A DNA stretch of 11,516 bases from positions 41,275 through 52,790 of the forward strand of contig JAYODI010000033.1 in NCBI GenBank assembly GCA_038279365.1, read 5' to 3'. The translations under genes and the position numbers were made by a program. Below are positions 1-6,553 of the stretch, in pieces. Each line of letters begins with the position of its first letter. Positions within the stretch are counted from its first letter, which is position 1. The notes beneath the pieces are model-generated. The model searched no databases. It worked only from the letters and a program-made list of their open reading frames with translations, and was not told the DNA's origin. Origin of the DNA: Candidatus Latescibacterota bacterium. GTDB taxonomy: Bacteria; Latescibacterota; UBA2968.

Positions 1-280
1 CTACATGGTGAAGGGGCTGGTCATTCAAAGGCTCCGGCACCGATTTTGTTAAAAGAAAACGCCGTCCGCAATCAAAGCCGATTCTTTCTTTGATTCCCGC
101 GCATAAGGCTAAGAACGCGCGCGTTTTTGAACGGTGGAACAGGTAAGCTTTATCAAACGCTTCTTTTCTAAGCAGCCCGGCAACCGCGAAACGCTTAAAA
201 ATATTCCGGTGTTCGCTTTTCTCATCAAAACAAATCACGCGGCTAACATTTTTGTGTCCCCCGCTTCTTGTATAAAGATC
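1..280 (-). pseudogene. 5'-truncated glycosyltransferase family 9 (LPS heptosyltransferase-like) fragment, running off the left window edge
   Basis: Manual translation of the minus frame 280->2 is stop-free: DLYTRSGGHKNVSRVICFDEKSEHRNIFKRFAVAGLLRKEAFDKAYLFHRSKTRAFLALCAGIKERIGFDCGRRFLLTKSVPEPLNDQPLHHV. This fits the GT9 pattern (V..VI.FD ... LR...FD.A......S ... AGI..RIGF ... LLT ... H.V). An in-frame TAG lies at 281-283, there is no in-frame ATG, and the N-terminal 'IGD' motif region of GT9 is absent. Confidence 0.7.
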
Positions 281-305
281 CTACAGTCCATCTGCCAAAA
301 CAATT

Positions 306-2087
306 TTACGCACTCGCCGAAACGTTACCCTCACGAATCTCTTCCAAAATCCCCCAACGTTCATACCCTTCTTCCAGTGCCGTTTCAACTGTTTCAAGCC
401 GTTCCTTCAATGCACCAATATCCGTTCCATTTTGATAAATGGCTGGGTTCGACAATGTTTCATGCAAGGTTTGTCGCTCAACTTCAAGTGTCTCAATTTT
501 CTCAGGCAAAGCATCCAACTCTCTTTTTTCATTATAACTCAATTTGCGCACAGACACGCGTTGTGAAGCCTGTTTTTTAGGTTTTTCAACTGCCATTTCT
601 TCATCCGATACAGGGCGTTGACGCAACCACTCATCATATCCCCCCACATACTCACGCACAGAACCGGCTTCAAACACAATTGAACTGGTCACCACATTGT
701 TCAAAAATGAACGGTCATGGCTCACCAACAAAACCGTTCCAGAAAATTCGACCAATACCGATTCAAGCACATCCAACGTTTCCGTATCCAAATCGTTGGT
801 CGGTTCATCAAGGGCCAGCACATTGGCTGGCAACGTAAACAACTTGGCCAAAAGCAACCGATTGCGCTCTCCACCAGAAAGCACCTTAACCAAACTGCGA
901 GACCGAGCCGGATCAAACAAAAAGTCTTGCAAATACGCAAACACATGTTTGTTCTTGCCATTAAATGTCACTCGATCACTGCCATTGGCCACCGTATCAA
1001 AAACGGTCTTATTTTCGTCCAACTGTTCACGCAATTGATCAAAGTAGGCCACCTGCAACCGCATCCCGTGTTTGACTGTGCCCGATTGCGGTTCCAGCTC
1101 TCCCAACAACAATCGCAACAACGTGGTCTTGCCCACCCCGTTGGGGCCAATGAGGCCAATCTTATCGCCACGCAAAATCGTTGTTGAAAACTGATCAATC
1201 ACACGTTTGCCATCATACGCAAAAGAAATGTCTTCGGCCTCAACCACCAAACGACTCGTTTTTTCTGCCTCTTGAGCCGCCACACGTACCTTGCCCATTT
1301 CGTTCCTGCGTTTTTGTCGCTCTGTTCGCATCGCCTTCAGCGCACGCACCCGTCCTTCATTGCGTGTGCGCCGTGCCCGAATACCCTGCCGAATCCACGC
1401 CTCTTCTTCTGCCAACTTGCGATCAAACTGCGCCTGTGCCGCATCTTCAGCCTCAAGTTGCGCTTCTCTACGCTGCAAATAAGTATGATAATCGCACGCC
1501 CAACTCGACACAAACCCGCGGTCAAGCTCGACAATGCGCGTGGCCAAACGTTGGGTCAACATCCGGTCGTGTGTCACAAAAAATAAAGCACTGCGTTGCT
1601 TCAACAAAAACGACTCCAACCACGTAATCGCCTCAATGTCCAAGTGGTTTGTCGGCTCATCGAGCAACAACACATCAGGCGCCGTTGCCAAGGCTCTGGC
1701 CAATAACGTACGGCGTTTGAGTCCAACCGAAAGCGTTTGAAAAGCCACATCGGCGTCTAACCCCATACGTGTCAATATCACATCCACAACAGGCGGCCCC
1801 GTTTGTGTTTTGGGCACATATTCAGACACCACCTCATGCACCGTTCCATTCAATCCATCAGGCACATCTTGGCCCAACATCGCCACACGAATCCCTTTTT
1901 GGCGAATCACATCCCCTTCATCGGGCAACACCTCACCCGCCATCATCTTCATCAACGTCGACTTCCCGGTGCCATTGCGCCCCAACAAACAAACGCGTTC
2001 ATTGGGTTCAATTTGCAAACTCACATCGACCAACAACGGTGGATCACCAAACGAGAGTGCAACATTGTTCAGCGTCATCAAAGCCAT
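306..2087 (-). CDS. uup: ABC-F family ATPase, Uup-like
   Basis: Two ABC cassettes (GRNGTGKST...LLLDEPTNHLD; GPNGVGKTT...LSGGE...DEPTNDLD) and no TM segments. It has the Uup-typical linker EEAWIRQGIRARRTRNEGRVRAL and a C-terminal coiled coil (KLSYNEKRELDALP..IE.LE...YERW). SD-like GAGGA lies upstream. Confidence 0.93.
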   Translation of the reverse strand: MALMTLNNVALSFGDPPLLVDVSLQIEPNERVCLLGRNGTGKSTLMKMMAGEVLPDEGDVIRQKGIRVAMLGQDVPDGLNGTVHEVVSEYVPKTQTGPPVVDVILTRMGLDADVAFQTLSVGLKRRTLLARALATAPDVLLLDEPTNHLDIEAITWLESFLLKQRSALFFVTHDRMLTQRLATRIVELDRGFVSSWACDYHTYLQRREAQLEAEDAAQAQFDRKLAEEEAWIRQGIRARRTRNEGRVRALKAMRTERQKRRNEMGKVRVAAQEAEKTSRLVVEAEDISFAYDGKRVIDQFSTTILRGDKIGLIGPNGVGKTTLLRLLLGELEPQSGTVKHGMRLQVAYFDQLREQLDENKTVFDTVANGSDRVTFNGKNKHVFAYLQDFLFDPARSRSLVKVLSGGERNRLLLAKLFTLPANVLALDEPTNDLDTETLDVLESVLVEFSGTVLLVSHDRSFLNNVVTSSIVFEAGSVREYVGGYDEWLRQRPVSDEEMAVEKPKKQASQRVSVRKLSYNEKRELDALPEKIETLEVERQTLHETLSNPAIYQNGTDIGALKERLETVETALEEGYERWGILEEIREGNVSASA

Positions 2088-2168
2088 AAAAGTAATTATC
2101 CTCTATTTATGAACCAACCACAACCTCACGAATGCCAAATATACCGAAAAATACCTCTCAAAACCAAA

Positions 2169-2197
2169 TTGACCTGATACAAAAACAAACGTAAGTT
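2169..2197 (+). promoter_or_regulatory. Putative sigma70 promoter for the ArsC/Spx gene
   Basis: TTGACC (2169-2174), 17-bp spacer, TAAGTT (2192-2197), about 48 bp upstream of the ATG at 2245. Confidence 0.4.
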
Positions 2198-2244
2198 GTT
2201 TGCTCATCCAATATGACAGTCTAAACAGATCAAAGGAGCCCACC

Positions 2245-2601
2245 ATGTCACTTAAAGTCTACCAATATCCCAAATGCAGCACCTGCCGAAAAGCCCTCAA
2301 ATTTCTCGATGCCCACAATATACCATACACAGCCATTGACATCACAGAAAATCCACCCACCAAAACAGAGCTTAAACAAATGCTCAAACATCAAAATGGT
2401 GAATTGCGCAAGCTGTTCAACACCTCAGGGGTGCAATATCGCGAACTCAAAATCAAAGACAAACTCCCCACAATGACCGAAACGGAAGCCATTGATCTCC
2501 TCTCTCAAAATGGCAAGCTCATCAAACGTCCATTCTTGCTTACCTCATCTACTGGATTTGTCGGTTTTAAAGAAGACAGCTATCAAGCATTGATAGATTG
2601 A
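2245..2601 (+). CDS. ArsC/Spx/MgsR family thioredoxin-fold protein (YusI-like)
   Basis: N-terminal YPKCSTCRKA (CxxC), LFNTSG..YREL and C-terminal LIKRP. Start moved from the ORF track's 2200 to ATG 2245, which follows SD AAGGAG. Confidence 0.9.
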   Translation: MSLKVYQYPKCSTCRKALKFLDAHNIPYTAIDITENPPTKTELKQMLKHQNGELRKLFNTSGVQYRELKIKDKLPTMTETEAIDLLSQNGKLIKRPFLLTSSTGFVGFKEDSYQALID

Positions 2602-2613
2602 AAATACAAAAAA

Positions 2614-2656
2614 TATACAACATGCACTTGACAGACAGATTTTTATACAACATTTT
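2614..2656 (+). promoter_or_regulatory. Putative promoter with a direct-repeat operator upstream of the cNMP-binding gene
   Basis: Perfect TTGACA at 2628-2633 with a weak -10 (CATTTT 2651-2656 at 17 bp). It is bracketed by the exact 10-bp direct repeat TATACAACAT at 2614-2623 and 2644-2653. Confidence 0.45.
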
Positions 2657-2733
2657 GTTTTTCATCTATATGCACCACACAAGAACCTAAATATTAATTG
2701 TATGGTATATCAAATAGATCATTGGAGCCATTG

Positions 2734-3297
2734 ATGGCGATATCAGCCAAAGACTTTGAATGGGACATGCTTAAGCAAGATCAACAAATTCACTCTGTCG
2801 TTGATCTATTAGGCGAATTACCTCTTTTTGAACTGCTTACCCTGTCAGAGCTTTCAAAGTTGGAAGACATTGTTCATATACGCACATTTGGTCCTGGTGA
2901 AACCATCATACGTGCCCAAGCGCCCAGGTTGGGTATGTATGCCATTCAATCAGGTTCCGTACATGTCGTACGTCGGGGGGCAGATCATGCGCCCACCATA
3001 CTTGGCACTTTGCATCCTGGCGAATTGATCGGTGAATTTTCACTGCTTGACTCCTCTCCACGCTCCAGTGGCATTGTCGCTGCCGAATACAGCACACTTG
3101 TCGGTTTTTTTCAGCCCGACCTCATGAGCCTCATTGACACAGATCCCAATATTGGCTTCAAAATCCTCATGCCACTCACCCAAATGATGGCCGAGCAACA
3201 CCGTCGCGACATGTATAACCTTCGGCAATTGCGCAGGCAACTTTATGAACATCAGCAAGCAGAGATTGAGGCATCTAAAATGGAAGAAACAGAGTGA
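2734..3297 (+). CDS. Cyclic nucleotide-binding domain protein (stand-alone, no obvious HTH)
   Basis: LPLFELL ... F.PGETII ... MYAIQSGSV.V ... phosphate-binding cassette GELIGEFSLLDSSPRSS, followed by a C-helix/coiled-coil tail. Likely start is ATG 2734 after GGAG; the ORF track starts at 2698. Confidence 0.88.
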   Translation: MAISAKDFEWDMLKQDQQIHSVVDLLGELPLFELLTLSELSKLEDIVHIRTFGPGETIIRAQAPRLGMYAIQSGSVHVVRRGADHAPTILGTLHPGELIGEFSLLDSSPRSSGIVAAEYSTLVGFFQPDLMSLIDTDPNIGFKILMPLTQMMAEQHRRDMYNLRQLRRQLYEHQQAEIEASKMEETE

Positions 3298-3322
3298 TAA
3301 TATCCCTATACTTTCTCAACTT

Positions 3323-3358
3323 AAATGCCTCATTTTTATAAAAAATGGGGCATTTTTT
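3323..3358 (+). terminator. Intrinsic terminator after the cNMP-binding gene
   Basis: AAATGCCTCATTTTT (3323-3337) / ATA / AAAAATGGGGCATTT (3341-3355) forms a 15-bp stem with one G-U pair, running into a T tract. Confidence 0.7.
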
Positions 3359-3396
3359 ACAAAACGTCCTTCTAAAAAGACCTCATCATCTGTTGC

Positions 3397-3425
3397 TTGA
3401 CATGCTTGCTCCTTCTCATTACATT
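3397..3425 (+). promoter_or_regulatory. sigma70 promoter for the HD-GYP gene
   Basis: TTGACA (3397-3402), 17-bp spacer, TACATT (3420-3425). It lies downstream of a terminator and 47 bp before ATG 3473. Confidence 0.7.
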
Positions 3426-3472
3426 TTGAAGCGTGTAAAATTTTATCCAAACCCACCTCATAAAAAGCACAT

Positions 3473-4717
3473 ATGGCAAAGAAAAAGATCAACATAGACC
3501 AGCTCAAAGTCGGCATGTATATGGAAGCCGACATCAAAGAAGCGGTCAAAGGGTCATCCAGCGCCAACCTCAAGTTATTAGGTAAGGGCGTTTTGATCAC
3601 CTCGGAAAATCAGATCCGGCGTATCAAAGAGGCTGGCCTGGCCAATATTACGATTGATACAGCCAAAGGCACAGATATTGAGGGGGGGCAGGTTATCCCT
3701 CAAGGGCCCATCGAAGCCCCAAAACAACGAGAACCCAAAAAGAAACCTTTGCCTCCTGGTCGTAAAACAGAATATCGAGAAGCCCTCAAAGTTGCCAAAA
3801 AGACCAAAGCTGCTGTAAGCAATGCCCTCAAAGACGTCATGGGCAATGTGGCAATGGGGGGCACTATGGACCGCGCAAAGCTCAAAGTCGCGGGCAAGCT
3901 CATGACCCAGGCCGTCTTTCAAAATGTAGACGCCATGGTGGGTCTCACACGCATTAAAGAACACGATGCATATACAGCAGGTCATTGTGTAAATGTTGCC
4001 ACATTGGTCTTAGCCGTTGCATTTGCCGATGGCATGGACCAATCAACTTGTGAAATGCTGGCCAACGCCGCGCTTTTGCACGACATTGGCAAAACCAAAG
4101 TACCCCTTGAAATATTAAACAAACCGGGCCGTTTTGAACCCCACGAACTGGCCGAAATGCGCAAACACACACTTTATGGTGAGCAAATCCTAACCGATAT
4201 GGGTGGTATATCTGAAGAAATGATGTTCATTGCCACCCAACACCACGAAATGTGGGATGGATCGGGTTACCCACACAAATTATCAGGTGAGCAAATTCAC
4301 CGTTTTGGGCAAATGACCGCCATTGCCGATGTGTACGATGCCTTAACCGCTGCACGCGTTTACAAACCCGCGTTGCCACCCCATTTTGCACTCAGCCGCA
4401 TTTATGGCAATCGCGACAAAGAATTTTCGGCAGATATTGTAGACCTATTCATTAAAAGCTTGGGGCTATACCCTGTTGGCAGCCTCGTTTTGCTCAATAC
4501 CGAAGAAGTCGGCATTGTGTATGAGCCCAACCCGCTCAACCCCAAAAAACCAAAAGTGGGCATCATTCGCACACGCTATGGCAAAGAGCGCCATGTGCCC
4601 GTCGTTATTGACTTAGATGACCCCACAGCAGGGGAACAGCGCGAAATTAAACAAGTGCTGGATCCTGTTAAGTTTAAAATCGACATTGAGGCATTCCTCA
4701 AGCGCATAGCAAGCTAA
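3473..4717 (+). CDS. HD-GYP domain cyclic dinucleotide phosphodiesterase with N-terminal DUF3391-like domain
   Basis: N-terminal KKINIDQLKVGMY (DUF3391-type). Catalytic motifs DAYTAGH, LLHDIGK, ILNKPG, HHEMWDGSGYP, IADVYDALT..RVYK, then LGLYPVGSLV.L tail. Confidence 0.92.
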   Translation: MAKKKINIDQLKVGMYMEADIKEAVKGSSSANLKLLGKGVLITSENQIRRIKEAGLANITIDTAKGTDIEGGQVIPQGPIEAPKQREPKKKPLPPGRKTEYREALKVAKKTKAAVSNALKDVMGNVAMGGTMDRAKLKVAGKLMTQAVFQNVDAMVGLTRIKEHDAYTAGHCVNVATLVLAVAFADGMDQSTCEMLANAALLHDIGKTKVPLEILNKPGRFEPHELAEMRKHTLYGEQILTDMGGISEEMMFIATQHHEMWDGSGYPHKLSGEQIHRFGQMTAIADVYDALTAARVYKPALPPHFALSRIYGNRDKEFSADIVDLFIKSLGLYPVGSLVLLNTEEVGIVYEPNPLNPKKPKVGIIRTRYGKERHVPVVIDLDDPTAGEQREIKQVLDPVKFKIDIEAFLKRIAS

Positions 4718-4731
4718 AAGATCACATCTGC

Positions 4732-4762
4732 AAAAAAGGCAACCCAATAGGTTGCCTTTTTT
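4732..4762 (+). terminator. Intrinsic terminator (potentially bidirectional)
   Basis: Perfect 13-bp inverted repeat AAAAAAGGCAACC-caata-GGTTGCCTTTTTT, 14 bp after the HD-GYP stop. Confidence 0.88.
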
Positions 4763-4872
4763 ATTTATTTGAAAAACCATGTTGGGTAAACATACCTTTT
4801 AGAGAATCTCATCACACCCTCCACAACCGTCGCATCCATTTACCCAATAATGACCCACCAAGGATTGTTTAT

Positions 4873-5187
4873 ATGTCTAAACGCACCAGTGGACAAGGAT
4901 GGTCGCTCAACGCTGCCGACACATCTCAAACCACACCACAAACAGAAATCAAAACCCCTGAAAAACAACGTGCGGTCATCAGCTTTGAAAAGCGAAAGAA
5001 GGGCAAAGTAGTTACACTCATTCGCAACCTTGCCCTATCAGACACCGACTTAAAAGACCTCGCCCGTACGCTTAAAACGGCCTGTGGAACAGGTGGAACC
5101 GCCCGAGAGGGTGAAATAGAGCTTCAAGGCGATTGCCGAGACCGTGCAAGAAGCTATCTGCAACAAAATGGATATGGTTTAAAATAA
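4873..5187 (+). CDS. yciH: SUI1/eIF1 family translation initiation factor (YciH-like)
   Basis: EKRKKGKVVTLI ... LKDLARTLKTACGTGGT ... IELQGDCRD..R.YL is the SUI1 signature; SD AAGGA upstream. Confidence 0.9.
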   Translation: MSKRTSGQGWSLNAADTSQTTPQTEIKTPEKQRAVISFEKRKKGKVVTLIRNLALSDTDLKDLARTLKTACGTGGTAREGEIELQGDCRDRARSYLQQNGYGLK

Positions 5188-6537
5188 AGTATCCAACACA
5201 TCAATGATACTCAAACCCGTATGATAACCTGGATCGGCATCTGCTGTGGCTGGGATGACATCTACAGGGATCCCCTCTTGTGTAATCGTTTGGTAGGCCA
5301 TCAGGTGTAAATCAGGTCGAACAAAGTATTGTACAAATGCGTTGTGGCACATTCTAAAAATATCATCACACATCCGCGCATCAGCATCTATAACCGTTAT
5401 TTTTTTGCAAAAGGCCGCAGCACGCATTGTCTCAGGCAAATTCCACCACGGCAAATCGGTATTCATCGGTTTGCGCCCCACCAGATCAAACGCTTTACAA
5501 ATTCCCTTGCCCAAAAATCCATTCTTAAAGTTTTGCCTCAAAACCAACGCCATCACCCGTTCAAAATCAGCGATCTCTCCACGTTGCTTTTCATCCAAAA
5601 AACCCGAAGCTTTTGCAGCCATTGTAAACTTCAAAGCCAACCCAACAAACTCCAACGCATGTCCAGGATCAGACAACACGGTCTGATCTTTTTCGCGATA
5701 GGGCAATCCATCTTCGCCAATAGCCTCCCACATATCCCCATCCTCTAAACCCGGCACACGTCCACCCAAATTCACATAATGATCCAACTCATGGCGAATC
5801 AAACGCAGCCCCATCGCAATGCCACACACATCCTTTTGAAGCACCAACATGGCCGCTGTCCCCATTTGGATCATAAATGGCCCCTGCATCAACCGCCCAG
5901 GCAACGGCTTCACGGGGTTTTGCGGATCTAAGGTTGTCTGGTCATTTTCAAATTGACCGCTCCAAATGGCTTTGTCAACCGCCAATATATATTTTAAAGC
6001 CGCTTGTCGTATTGCGTCATCATTCAAATAACAGGCCGCAGCATACATACCTTTGGAGGCAAACAAGTCGCTAAACCCATAGGGATTTGTTTTTGTGAGC
6101 GCAAAAGGAACAGGCAGACCATCACCACCCAAACCAAAAGGACGTCCATCGGGCAACATAAAAAACCACAACCGTTCACCATTTTGTTGCCACATGTCAT
6201 AAACACTGTTTAAAACCAACCGCATCATCTGTGACAACTGCAAAACCAAGTGCTCGCCCAATCCCTTTTTATGAAACCACACACAATGTCCGGCCAGAGC
6301 CTCTAACCCACGTCCTTGAATCCAACCATAAACCGCATTGCGCCCTCGAATGGGATCATGCTCCCCAAAGTCTTTGCCCGTTAGCAAACTCAGTTTGGTA
6401 TTTACAAATGGATACGAAGGATCAAAACGATCACAAAGCGCTTGCATCACCGTCACCAACATTTGCTCATAGTCTTGACCAACAGCAATCACATCGTCAT
6501 AAGATGCATTTTCAGTCAATACATGTCCTTGATACAT
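5179..6537 (-). CDS. AGE family (N-acylglucosamine 2-epimerase-like) (alpha/alpha)6 epimerase/isomerase
   Basis: WIQGRG (cf. AGE W.Q.R), DPGHALEF (PGH..E), PWWNLPE (WW...E) and C-terminal DPGYHT. Start taken as ATG 6537 with SD GAGGTG 6 nt upstream; an alternative is GTG 6546 (ORF track). Confidence 0.72.
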   Translation of the reverse strand: MYQGHVLTENASYDDVIAVGQDYEQMLVTVMQALCDRFDPSYPFVNTKLSLLTGKDFGEHDPIRGRNAVYGWIQGRGLEALAGHCVWFHKKGLGEHLVLQLSQMMRLVLNSVYDMWQQNGERLWFFMLPDGRPFGLGGDGLPVPFALTKTNPYGFSDLFASKGMYAAACYLNDDAIRQAALKYILAVDKAIWSGQFENDQTTLDPQNPVKPLPGRLMQGPFMIQMGTAAMLVLQKDVCGIAMGLRLIRHELDHYVNLGGRVPGLEDGDMWEAIGEDGLPYREKDQTVLSDPGHALEFVGLALKFTMAAKASGFLDEKQRGEIADFERVMALVLRQNFKNGFLGKGICKAFDLVGRKPMNTDLPWWNLPETMRAAAFCKKITVIDADARMCDDIFRMCHNAFVQYFVRPDLHLMAYQTITQEGIPVDVIPATADADPGYHTGLSIIDVLDTLF

Positions 6538-6553
6538 CTTCCTCACCTCTTAC

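Noticed and set aside
235..262. Minus-strand GGGGGA followed by ATG TTA GCC GCG TGA
   Set aside because: Only four codons and out of frame with the GT9 fragment; no support as a leader peptide or true start.
258..285. CCCCGCTTCTTGTATAAAG resembles a lambda/Gateway attB-type core at the GT9 truncation point
   Set aside because: The match is imperfect, and there is no integrase or partner site in the window; it cannot be distinguished from chance.
134..2177. Multiple plus-strand ORFs (134-580, 697-1038, 717-1187, 1181-1627, 1769-2089, 1803-2177 and others)
   Set aside because: Antisense shadows of the well-supported uup gene, with no recognisable motifs.
2245..2601. Arsenic-resistance locus
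   Set aside because: The CxxC Spx/YusI-like subtype occurs without arsR, arsB or acr3 neighbours, so arsenate reductase function is not supported.
3426..3472. Possible c-di-GMP riboswitch ahead of the HD-GYP gene
   Set aside because: The predicted leader is only about 40 nt and lacks the GEMM features.
3316..3600. 94-aa minus-strand ORF with a hydrophobic stretch
   Set aside because: It overlaps the HD-GYP start, its promoter and a terminator; likely spurious.
4775..4862. Possible fluoride riboswitch (3' TAATGACCCAC resembles its 3' end)
   Set aside because: The conserved 5' GGnGATG..GT.C.CC element is missing and the downstream gene is not fluoride-related.
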